DNA from: Archangium sp.
GTDB lineage: Bacteria; Myxococcota; Myxococcia; Myxococcales; Myxococcaceae
DNA length: 28,009 nucleotides
NCBI GenBank assembly: GCA_031367385.1
Contig: JANLPS010000515.1
Coordinates: 1 to 28,009, forward strand
Direction: 5' to 3'
Shown: positions 1 to 8,240 of the stretch, piece by piece
Numbering within the stretch: the stretch's first letter is position 1
How the letters are laid out: the number at the start of each line of letters is the position of its first letter
Program-made: the position numbers and the translations under genes
The notes under the pieces: generated by a model
Told to the model about the DNA's origin: nothing
What the model saw: only the letters and a program-made list of their open reading frames with translations
The model's database searches: none

Positions 1-117
1 GCTCTTTTCGGACATCCTCTCCTCGGACATCCTCTCCTCGGACATCCTCTCCTCGGGCTTCCTCTCCTCGGGCTTCCTCTCCTCGGGCTTCCTCTCCTCG
101 GCCTCACCAACTCTCAT
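1..117 (-). CDS. 5' end of a gene running off the window; N-terminus MRVGEA(EERKP)3(EERMS)3EKS, product unknown
   Basis: ATG at 117-115 overlaps the TGA (116-114) of the upstream gene (ATGA coupling) and the frame is open to position 1. True start could be one of the internal ATGs. Confidence 0.65.
   Translation of the reverse strand, partial: MRVGEAEERKPEERKPEERKPEERMSEERMSEERMSEKS
8..97. repeat. 15-bp tandem repeat, 6 units: 3x TCGGACATCCTCTCC then 3x TCGGGCTTCCTCTCC
   Basis: Read directly; units start at 8, 23, 38, 53, 68 and 83. Confidence 0.97.
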
Positions 118-863
118 GGTGAGCCTGTCGAACCACGAACCGGCGCGGCGCCGAGCCGCGACCTGTCGTACCCACCGTCGACGTACGAAAGAATCACCCC
201 GAGCGGCTCGCCCAGGTAGTCCTCGAGCGGCATCGACGCATCGAGCCCGTCAATCGCGAAGCCCGTCGCCGAAACCTGCGCAATTCTGCCCACATACGCA
301 TCTCGCTTCGTCGGCGCGGCGGGGTTGTGCGGCCCCGCATCGGCGGGGTCGAGCAAGTACAACGCAAGCGCACCAGCCACCGGAGCGGCCGACGACCCCG
401 CCTTGCGCGCCATCACGTACTCCCCCGCCCGAAGCCCGAACGAATCGGCCGAGAGCTGGGCCGCGGGCACCACTTCTTGAAGCTCACGGCTCGCCAGCAC
501 GTACAACCCCAGCGTGCCAATCAGCGAAAGCCCGTACACCCCCGGAGGGACCACCGGCAGCGGCCTCGCCGCAGTGCGCTTCGCCATCACGAACGAAACC
601 GCCGCAGCGATCACCCGCAAGACCCAAGCGATCGCGCCATCAGCCTGCAGATACGGCCCCACCTCCATCGCCCCGGCGGCCAGCAGCAGCGCGAGCAGCG
701 GCCGCACCGCCACCCACAGCCCCAAAAACGCCAACGCCGGCAAGATCGCCCCGACATAGATCAGCCCCACGCCGGGCAGCAGCATCGACAACGCCGCGGC
801 CAAGAACGGCTTTCGCACCGGCCGGGGCGCTGGAGGCAAGGTCTGAATCGCACTGCTGCTCAT
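114..863 (-). CDS. Membrane protein, degenerate signal peptidase I-like
   Basis: N-terminal RKPFLAAALSMLLPGVGLIYVG and about 4 hydrophobic segments. Soluble part has LRAGEYVMARK, YVGRI and GVILSY...DRSRLG, resembling S26 boxes. Confidence 0.6.
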   Translation of the reverse strand: MSSSAIQTLPPAPRPVRKPFLAAALSMLLPGVGLIYVGAILPALAFLGLWVAVRPLLALLLAAGAMEVGPYLQADGAIAWVLRVIAAAVSFVMAKRTAARPLPVVPPGVYGLSLIGTLGLYVLASRELQEVVPAAQLSADSFGLRAGEYVMARKAGSSAAPVAGALALYLLDPADAGPHNPAAPTKRDAYVGRIAQVSATGFAIDGLDASMPLEDYLGEPLGVILSYVDGGYDRSRLGAAPVRGSTGSP

Positions 864-892
864 GCGGGCCGTCTACACCAGACCCGCGCGAA

Positions 893-2710
893 TTAAATGC
901 TCGAGGTCATGCGCAGCACCTCTTCGTACGAGGTGATGCCCATCGCCATCTTGAGCGCCGCCGCCTCGCGCAGCGTCTTCAGGCCCGTGTGCCGCGCAGC
1001 TTCAATCAACTGCTCAGTGCCAGCCTTGCGAGCGATCAGCTCTTTGACCTCGCTGGTCGCGTGAAAAATCTCGAACACGGCGGTGCGCCCGAAGTACCCG
1101 GTACCGCGGCACTTCACGCAGCCGACGCCCTGCTTGACCTGCGGCCCACCCGGCAATTCGGGAATCTTCACCTTCAAATACTTCCACTGATCGCTCGTCA
1201 GCTCTGTCGGCTGCGCACAGTTCGCGCAAATCTTTCGCATCAGGCGCTGGGCCATCACGCCCAACAAGGCCGACCCCAGCAAGAACGGAGGCACCTCGAG
1301 GTCCTCCAGTCGGCCAATGGCACCGACGGAGTCATTGGTGTGAAGCGTCGAGAGCACCAAGTGACCGGTGAGCGCCGATTGAATCGCGTTCTCAGCGGTC
1401 TCGGCGTCGCGAATTTCGCCCACCATGATGATGTCGGGGTCTTGTCGCAAGATGTGCCGAAGCGCGCCGGCGAAATCGAGGCCGATTTTCGGCTGCACCT
1501 GCACTTGATTGAAGGGCTCCCAGACCATTTCGATCGGGTCTTCAATCGTCGTCACGTTCACGTCGGGGCCGGCCAATGCCTTGAGCGCTGAATACAGCGT
1601 CGTGGTCTTGCCCGAGCCGGTGGGGCCGGTCACGAGCAACAGGCCGTGGGGCTGCGCGATCCATTCTTCGAAGATGGCCTTCTCATCTGGGTCGAAGCCG
1701 AGCATCGCGATGTCAGGCACCAGCGTCTCGGGGTCGAAGATGCGCATCACGACTTTTTCGCCGAACGCCGTCGGGAGCGTCGAGACGCGAATTTCAACCT
1801 CATGCCCATCGCGGTCGACCTTGATGCGACCGTCTTGCGGTTTTCGCCGCTCGGAGATGTCGAGGCGCGAGACCGTCTTGATTCGCGCGATCACCGGCGA
1901 GTGCACCTGCTGCGGCAAGGTGTAGACGTTGTGCAGCACGCCGTCGATGCGCAGGCGAACCAGCGATTTGTCGCGCTTGGGCTCGATGTGAATATCGCTG
2001 GCGCGGTTGTCGAACGCGTACCGCATCAAATAATCGACCGCTTGAATGACCGGCCGGTCGCCTGCATCGAGCTCTCGGCCCGATGACAGCGAGACCAGCT
2101 GCTCGAAGTTCGAGACGCTGCCCGACGAATCGGCGAAGTCAGACGCCGCGGCGGCGAGGGTTCGCTTGAACCCGTACACGTCTTGAATGCCCTTCAAGAT
2201 GTCGGCCTTGGCCGAGAGCACCGGAGAGACCGGGCAATTCGCCAGCCGCTGCAGGTTCTCGAACAGCTCGCGATCGAACGGGTTCGCCACCGCGACCACG
2301 AGGGGGATGCCGGGGCCTCCGCCTTCGAGCGCGAGAATCGAATGCTTCTGCGCGTACGGCTTCGAGACCGTCTTCGACGACGTATTCATGTCGAGCTTGA
2401 GTTGATCGATCTTGCGGTACGGCACGTTGGCGGCCTTGGCCACCGCCTCGCTGATGCGATCTTGGTCGAGCAGCTCACCCGGCCGCGCCGCGTACGGCAC
2501 CTGAAACGCCGCCACGATTTCGATGGGCGAGACCTCGTACTTCTCTTGCCCCGACTGCTTGACCACACGCGCCCGGGCAGGCCCCTCTTTGGCCACGATG
2601 TCATTGGCTTGCGAGCGGGTCAGCAGCTTGGCGCCGACCAACGTCTCGAGCACGAACCCCAGGGTGAAATCAGCCGCGTGTTTGCGTTCGACTACGTTTA
2701 CTGCCGCCAC
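893..2710 (-). CDS. GspE/PilB family type II secretion/type IV pilus assembly ATPase
   Basis: ASDIHIEP, RIDGVL, PQDGRI, Walker A GPTGSGKTTT, TIEDPIE, LRQDPDIIMVGEIRD, TGHLVLSTLHTN and tetracysteine CANC...CVKC. Start placed at GTG 2710 after GGAGGT rather than the ORF-track 2791. Confidence 0.95.
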   Translation of the reverse strand: MAAVNVVERKHAADFTLGFVLETLVGAKLLTRSQANDIVAKEGPARARVVKQSGQEKYEVSPIEIVAAFQVPYAARPGELLDQDRISEAVAKAANVPYRKIDQLKLDMNTSSKTVSKPYAQKHSILALEGGGPGIPLVVAVANPFDRELFENLQRLANCPVSPVLSAKADILKGIQDVYGFKRTLAAAASDFADSSGSVSNFEQLVSLSSGRELDAGDRPVIQAVDYLMRYAFDNRASDIHIEPKRDKSLVRLRIDGVLHNVYTLPQQVHSPVIARIKTVSRLDISERRKPQDGRIKVDRDGHEVEIRVSTLPTAFGEKVVMRIFDPETLVPDIAMLGFDPDEKAIFEEWIAQPHGLLLVTGPTGSGKTTTLYSALKALAGPDVNVTTIEDPIEMVWEPFNQVQVQPKIGLDFAGALRHILRQDPDIIMVGEIRDAETAENAIQSALTGHLVLSTLHTNDSVGAIGRLEDLEVPPFLLGSALLGVMAQRLMRKICANCAQPTELTSDQWKYLKVKIPELPGGPQVKQGVGCVKCRGTGYFGRTAVFEIFHATSEVKELIARKAGTEQLIEAARHTGLKTLREAAALKMAMGITSYEEVLRMTSSI

Positions 2711-4440
2711 GCAGACCTCCGCATCAGTGAGACCATCACCGCGAGCAAGAACATCAAGCCCATCGACCCGGGGCTCCCATCGCAACCACAAGGCCGAATC
2801 GGCGTCGTATCGCCAGGGCCCGCATCTTTGACCGGCACCACGATGGGCTTGCCCGCGTCTTTAACCATGCACAGCGACCCGCACCCCGAGTCATCGGAGT
2901 CATTGAGACACTCTCCGCCGTTGCAGTGCTGCCCGACGGGGCATTCGACGTCGTTCACGCACATTGGCACGCACCCCTTCGCCGAGGGGAAATCGGCGCA
3001 CCGCTGGCCGGAGGGGCAGGTGTTGGGGCCGGTGCAGTTTCTCAGACAGTTCAGACCCTTGGTGGTCGAAATACAGCTCGCGCCGGCCGGGCACAGCCCG
3101 CAGCCACGCCCACACTGTTGCGTACATTGCGGCAACGACGAGCCGGTGGGCGCCACCACCAAGCAGTTCTGCCCCGCTCCGCAGTTGCTGTCTGAAGAGC
3201 AAAGGTCGCCGAGCTGCGCGCTCACGTTCTGTTTCGCCACGCATACGCCGTCGCAGGTTCGGCAATCGACCTGAGCGTTCTGGCAATCGGCGTTGGTGAA
3301 GCACTGACCGATGCACACGCCGCCCACAGTGCTCAAGACGCACGCGTAGTTGCTGCGGCAGTCGGCCAGCCCAGGCCGGCACGAAGCCAGACACATGTGC
3401 GAGTTGTCTCCGAGTGTGGCGCACACCGAACCCGCGGGGCACGCCGGCTGCCCTGTCTCGCATGACTGCGAGCAGTACCCCGCCGTCCAATACTCGTGGC
3501 CTGACGGCGAGCCTTCGGGCAACAGGCACTTGCCGACAGCCGAGATGCACTCGCTGTCTTTGGTGCATGCCTTGCCCACCGGAGTCACGTTGCCCGACGG
3601 AAACAGGCAGGCCCCCGAGCTTGCCGGGAGCGCTGTCGACGCGGTGCAGGTCAACGGCAGCGGGCAGGCCTCATTCGTGTTCACATTGCACGGCTTGGTG
3701 CAGAACGTCTGCGGCGCGTCGGGCAACGTCTGCGTGTAGCAAGTGCCCCCTGGTTCGCAGGTGCCGCCGTCGTAGCAGGGGGCGCCGGTCGCTCCGCCGA
3801 CCGGGTTTCGATTGCAGAGCGCCGACACGTCAGGAGGCGTCAAGAGGCGCTTCTGTGAGCCCGGGTTCACCGTGCTTCGCATGACGTTTTCGATGGTGCC
3901 GTTGGTGAGGGCAGTGAAGTGATCGAGCCCGAGGCAGTGCCCGTCTTCGTGCAGCATCACCGTCTCGACGTCGATCGTGTTCTGGGCGGTGGTGGGCCCG
4001 GTGCTGAACGAATACCCGACTGAATTCATGAAGATGTTGCAGTTGAGCAAGATGCCCGAATAGGTGAGTGGCAAGGTGATCGCGACCACGAAGGGCGAAC
4101 CCACCGTGCGCGCATAATCAGGGTCGCTCGAGCTGGTGATGAACACCGGGGTCACGTTCGCGCCGTTGTTGGGGTCTCCGGGCGAGGTGATCACCGTGCC
4201 GGTGAGACCTTTCGAGACCACTTTGGGCGACGCGCACTGCACCATGTTCCAGCTGTTCCACGCGTTGTCGGCGGCGGCCTGCGCTTCAGCCAGCGGTACG
4301 CCGCCGATGCTCGCGCTGCGACTATCGACGTAATAGGGAAACGGTTTGCTCGCGGTGTTGAGCATCTTGAACGGCATGTACGACTGCGCCCACGAGCTCG
4401 ACGGCAGCGCGCAGATCAACACCAACAGCGCGCGCCTCAT
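2698..4440 (-). CDS. Secreted matrixin-like (metzincin) zinc protease with Cys-rich repeats and MYXO-CTERM-like tail
   Basis: Signal peptide, HEDGHCLGLDH (HExxHxxGxxH) with probable Met-turn NVMRS, long Cys-rich region, C-terminal GC + hydrophobic helix + RR. Confidence 0.88.
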   Translation of the reverse strand: MRRALLVLICALPSSSWAQSYMPFKMLNTASKPFPYYVDSRSASIGGVPLAEAQAAADNAWNSWNMVQCASPKVVSKGLTGTVITSPGDPNNGANVTPVFITSSSDPDYARTVGSPFVVAITLPLTYSGILLNCNIFMNSVGYSFSTGPTTAQNTIDVETVMLHEDGHCLGLDHFTALTNGTIENVMRSTVNPGSQKRLLTPPDVSALCNRNPVGGATGAPCYDGGTCEPGGTCYTQTLPDAPQTFCTKPCNVNTNEACPLPLTCTASTALPASSGACLFPSGNVTPVGKACTKDSECISAVGKCLLPEGSPSGHEYWTAGYCSQSCETGQPACPAGSVCATLGDNSHMCLASCRPGLADCRSNYACVLSTVGGVCIGQCFTNADCQNAQVDCRTCDGVCVAKQNVSAQLGDLCSSDSNCGAGQNCLVVAPTGSSLPQCTQQCGRGCGLCPAGASCISTTKGLNCLRNCTGPNTCPSGQRCADFPSAKGCVPMCVNDVECPVGQHCNGGECLNDSDDSGCGSLCMVKDAGKPIVVPVKDAGPGDTTPIRPCGCDGSPGSMGLMFLLAVMVSLMRRSAWRQ

Positions 4441-4958
4441 GGGTGCACCACGGCGCCGGCACCAGTGCCCGGTCTCACCACCGCTGGGGGTATGCCGCGA
4501 ATTTCATCGATCACCGCGCGCAACGGGCGGCGAACGATCTCGTCGGTGAACAGGTCGTGCACCACCGCGGTGTCGCCGGTGACTTGCACCTTGCCCTCGC
4601 CCAGCGCGACCAGCCCGCAGCGGCTGCCGTCACAGCGCAAGAAGACCAAGCTCACCTCACCCACGTCGAACGAGGCATCGCCGGGTATGTGCAGCTCGTA
4701 CCCGTTCGCCGAGCCACCAATCTGCACGATGGTCAGGTGCGACGGCCCGGTGCCGCGAATGTCGTCTCCCACCGCGACCTCGGTGATGGTCTTGAGTTGA
4801 TGGGCGGTGCCCTCGACCCGGCGGCTGAGCACCTGCACCATCGCCACCCGGTCGCTGGCCTGGGCCCGCTGCGCCAAGGTGTGGGGCACAATCGTGGTCG
4901 CGAAAGCCGCAACCGGCAGCATCGCCGCGGTGAACCACCATCGAAGTGAGGCTCGCAT
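4437..4958 (-). CDS. Small secreted hypothetical protein (173 aa), coupled to the metzincin gene
   Basis: ATG at 4958 gives signal peptide MRASLRWWFTAAMLPVAAFA. Its stop overlaps the metzincin ATG (ATGA). Confidence 0.8.
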   Translation of the reverse strand: MRASLRWWFTAAMLPVAAFATTIVPHTLAQRAQASDRVAMVQVLSRRVEGTAHQLKTITEVAVGDDIRGTGPSHLTIVQIGGSANGYELHIPGDASFDVGEVSLVFLRCDGSRCGLVALGEGKVQVTGDTAVVHDLFTDEIVRRPLRAVIDEIRGIPPAVVRPGTGAGAVVHP

Positions 4959-4971
4959 TGAGCGGCGGAGC

Positions 4972-5033
4972 CTACTCCGACATCGGGCGCAACGTCGCAT
5001 CGAGCACGGCGTCGGCCGAGGGCCGTTCGGCGG
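4972..5033 (-). repeat. Displaced copy of the last 62 bp of the hemD-like gene (direct repeat, left copy)
   Basis: 61/62 identical to 8179-8240, including the TAG stop. Similarity decays with an indel by about 5045. Confidence 0.95.
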
Positions 5034-5181
5034 CGCACACACGCACCTACCCCCGCTTGGCGAATGCACAGGGCGACTGCGCCGGGCACGCCAATCGAAG
5101 CCCTTTCGGTCGAGCCGTTCTGCACGTGCAAGAACATTCTTGAGTCAGCGCTGATGCAGAGATCGGAGCTAAAACCACCTG

Positions 5182-8064
5182 ATGACGACGCGGTTCGAAT
5201 CGGGTGAGCACCCGCCGCTCGCGACGCTCCTCGAATTTCGCGCGAATACGCTCGGAGCCGAGGAGCGCGCGACTCTTTCGCTGCACGTCGAGCAGTGTGG
5301 CCTGTGTAGCACCCAGATGGTGGCCCCTCACGGCGCGCAGAGCGAGCCCACCGGGGAGATCGCCATGCCACCGCTGAGGCCGAGTGCGCCGGCGTTCAAG
5401 CCCGGCAGCGTGCTTGGGCGCTACATCATTCTCGAGGTGGTGGGCGCCGGTGGCATGGGAGAGGTCTACGTCGCCATCGACCCCGAGCTCGATCGCAAAG
5501 TCGCGATCAAGGTCGTGATCGCCCGCTCGGGCTCGTCGGAGCCCAACGCGCAGGCCCGTTTGCTTCGCGAAGCGCAGGCGATGGCGAAGCTCGCGCACCC
5601 TAACGTCGTCGGCATCTACGACGTCGGTACCGTTGAAGATCGAGTCTTTCTCGCGATGGAGCTGGTCAGGGGTCGAACCTTGACCGAATGGTTGGCAGAA
5701 CGGCCGCGCTCTTGGCGAGAGGTCGTCGATGTCTTCAAGGCCGCGGGTCACGGGTTGATCGCGGCCCATGCAGCAGGCATCGTTCATCGCGACTTCAAAC
5801 CCGACAACGTGCTGATTGGCCACGACGGCCGGGTTCACGTCTCTGACTTCGGGCTCGCACGCGCCGACTCGGGCCACGAACCTGAGCTCGCTCCAATTGA
5901 ACACGCCGCGGCAGCAAACCTCTTGTCGAGCCCAATGACCCAGCCGGCCTTGGTCATGGGCACCCTCGCCTTCATGGCGCCCGAGCTGCTCAAAGGCCGC
6001 CCGGCCAGCGCCGCGAGCGACCAGTTTGCGTTCGCTGTTTCGCTGTATCGCGCGCTGTATCGACACGCGCCTTTCGAGGCCGCAGCTGGCGAAGCCCCTC
6101 TGCAAGCGGTGAAAGAGGGCCGGGTCAGAGCAGAGCCGAACGACCGCACGGTGCCGGCATGGCTGCGCTCCGTCATGCTTCGGGCGCTCCGCCCTGACCC
6201 CAGCGATCGGTTCGCCTCGATTGGCGCCCTGCTCGAGGCACTCTCGAAAGACCCCGCTGTCGTCTGGCGAAAACGGTTGGCGGCCGCTGGGTTCGTCGCC
6301 CTCACCGTTGCGCTCATCGCAGGTAGCCTGGGTTTCGTGAGGCATCAGAATCAGCGCTGCACCGGGGCGGAGCTGAAGCTGCAAGGCATCTGGGACCGCC
6401 AGCGCCAAGAGGCCATGCGCGAGGCCTTTCACGCGACCGGGTTGGTGTACGCCGATGATTTGTGGCGCGGCGTGCAAGCCAGGCTCGAGCGTTACTCGAA
6501 CCGCTGGGTCGAGCAGCGTACTGCGACCTGCGAGGCCACCGCCCTGCGGGGCGAGCAATCGGAGTCAGTGTTGACCCTTCGCATGCAGTGCCTCGACGAA
6601 CGGCTCGAAGAGCTGCGGAGCGTTACCGACCTTCTGCTCAAAGCCGACCCCACGGTCGTGAGCGCGGCCGACCGGGCGCCTGGGGCGTTGACCGACCTCT
6701 CGCAGTGTGAAGACGTGGTCGCACTCGAGCGGCGAATGCCAGTGCCCAAGAACGCCGAGATTCAGCAACGGGTCGAAGCACAGCGAGACTCGCTGCGAAC
6801 CGCCGCCTCGCTTTTTGCGCTGAGCCAGTATCGAGAAGCGAAGCCCTTGTTCGAGAGCGTGGCTGCCGAGGCAGCCAGCATCGGCTACCCGGTTCTTCAG
6901 GCAGAAGCCACGAAGTGGCTCATTCGGGTCAACGGCAATTTAGGGGCCCTCGACAAGATTCGCCCGCTGGCGATGGAGACGATTCGACTCTCGGAGATCA
7001 GCGGTGACGAGCTGAACCGATTCGAGGGCACGCTGGCGCTCTGCGAGTTGGGTGACGAGCTGGCCGCTCCACTGCCAGAGACGCTGACGTACTGTGAGCT
7101 GGCCGGGGGTATTCTGCCTCGCATCAAAGAGGCCCACGAACCGCGGGCCCGCCTCGAAAACAGCTTGGGCAACATCTACGTGACGCGTAACCGCTACGAC
7201 GAATCGCTCGCGGCGTATCGGCGCGGCCTCAAGGCGCTGAAGGCCCACCCGGAGTCGGGCTACTACGAGGAGCTTCTGCTCGAGAATTGCGCGTACGTAC
7301 TGAGCGCCCAAAACAAACCGCGAGAAGCACTCGAACAAGAGCTGCAAAGCCTGGCGAACACCCTTAAACGGTTGGGGCCCAAGAGCGCTGATACCGGTCA
7401 CAGTTTCGCCACCATCAGCGGCAGCTACCTGCAGTTGAACGATCTGCCAAATGCCCTGAAGGCCATTGAAGAAGCAGTGCCCGTGACACGTGCAGCGCTG
7501 GGCCCTGAACACCCGCTGGTGGGAGACGCTCTGAGAATCAAGGGGCAGATACTCAACGAGCTCGGTCGGCGCTCAGAGGCCGCGCTGACCCTCCAAGAAG
7601 CCGTTTCGATTCTCGAGCGCGACAAACACTCGTACCTGCCAGCCGCGCTCGAATCACTGGCTGAAACAATGCGGCGTGACGGCCGCCCGGCTGATGCGCT
7701 GCCGCTCTTTGAACGAGCGCACGCGCGGTACCTCGAGAACAGCGTGGTACCCCCAGATCATGCGCTGCTGGGTGAAGCGCGCTCGCTCTTCGATCTCAAG
7801 CGCTTCACGGCTGCCGAGCCCAAGCTCGAAGCCATCGTGGCCGCACTCGAGGCGGCCGCGTTTCAAGACCACGTCTTTTTGTTCGAGGCTCGCTTTGAGC
7901 TTGCCAAAACACGCGCCGCGCTCGCCCGCGATCGAGCCGTGACTGATGCGTTGGTCTCGCGAGCGATCGCTGACCTTGACCAGGTCGAAGGCGACACGGC
8001 CGAGCGCAGAGCGGCCCTCAACCGATTGCGCGCCGCCCCCCCGGTCGATGCCCGCCGACGATAG
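5182..8064 (+). CDS. Membrane Hanks-type Ser/Thr protein kinase with N-terminal ZAS/zf-HC2-like zinc finger and C-terminal TPR-like repeats
   Basis: HVEQCGLC; GAGGMGEVY, VAIK, HRDFKPDN, DFG, GTLAFMAPE; TM segment LAAAGFVALTVALIAGSLGFV; helical repeats with LGPEHP linkers. Confidence 0.93.
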   Translation: MTTRFESGEHPPLATLLEFRANTLGAEERATLSLHVEQCGLCSTQMVAPHGAQSEPTGEIAMPPLRPSAPAFKPGSVLGRYIILEVVGAGGMGEVYVAIDPELDRKVAIKVVIARSGSSEPNAQARLLREAQAMAKLAHPNVVGIYDVGTVEDRVFLAMELVRGRTLTEWLAERPRSWREVVDVFKAAGHGLIAAHAAGIVHRDFKPDNVLIGHDGRVHVSDFGLARADSGHEPELAPIEHAAAANLLSSPMTQPALVMGTLAFMAPELLKGRPASAASDQFAFAVSLYRALYRHAPFEAAAGEAPLQAVKEGRVRAEPNDRTVPAWLRSVMLRALRPDPSDRFASIGALLEALSKDPAVVWRKRLAAAGFVALTVALIAGSLGFVRHQNQRCTGAELKLQGIWDRQRQEAMREAFHATGLVYADDLWRGVQARLERYSNRWVEQRTATCEATALRGEQSESVLTLRMQCLDERLEELRSVTDLLLKADPTVVSAADRAPGALTDLSQCEDVVALERRMPVPKNAEIQQRVEAQRDSLRTAASLFALSQYREAKPLFESVAAEAASIGYPVLQAEATKWLIRVNGNLGALDKIRPLAMETIRLSEISGDELNRFEGTLALCELGDELAAPLPETLTYCELAGGILPRIKEAHEPRARLENSLGNIYVTRNRYDESLAAYRRGLKALKAHPESGYYEELLLENCAYVLSAQNKPREALEQELQSLANTLKRLGPKSADTGHSFATISGSYLQLNDLPNALKAIEEAVPVTRAALGPEHPLVGDALRIKGQILNELGRRSEAALTLQEAVSILERDKHSYLPAALESLAETMRRDGRPADALPLFERAHARYLENSVVPPDHALLGEARSLFDLKRFTAAEPKLEAIVAALEAAAFQDHVFLFEARFELAKTRAALARDRAVTDALVSRAIADLDQVEGDTAERRAALNRLRAAPPVDARRR

Positions 8065-8178
8065 AAAACCTCGAGCACCGCGTTGGTGACGCCGAGGCCA
8101 ACCGGTCGCGTGTTCGAGAACCCCTTCGGCTTGACCCGCAGCACGCGCGCTCGGACGACCCGGGGGGGAGACGAAGGG

Positions 8179-8240
8179 CTACTCCGACATCGCGCGCAAC
8201 GTCGCATCGAGCACGGCGTCGGCCGAGGGCCGTTCGGCGG
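8179..8240 (-). repeat. Direct repeat, right copy (3' end of the intact hemD-like gene)
   Basis: Matches 4972-5033 with one mismatch. Confidence 0.95.

Noticed and set aside
8..97. CRISPR array
   Set aside because: Units are contiguous 15-mers with no unique spacers, and no cas genes are present.
5083..5099. Sigma-54 promoter before the kinase (GGCACG...)
   Set aside because: The -12 position reads GA instead of the near-invariant GC.
5047..6558. 503-aa minus-strand ORF, and similar long shadow ORFs (116-1591, 12740-14059, 22370-23716, 23890-25011)
   Set aside because: Antisense or off-frame to well-supported genes, with no motifs; expected in high-GC DNA.
4972..8240. Diversity-generating retroelement TR/VR pair or IS target-site duplication
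   Set aside because: Only one C/G mismatch rather than adenine-specific changes; no reverse transcriptase, transposase or terminal inverted repeats; 62 bp is far too long for a TSD.
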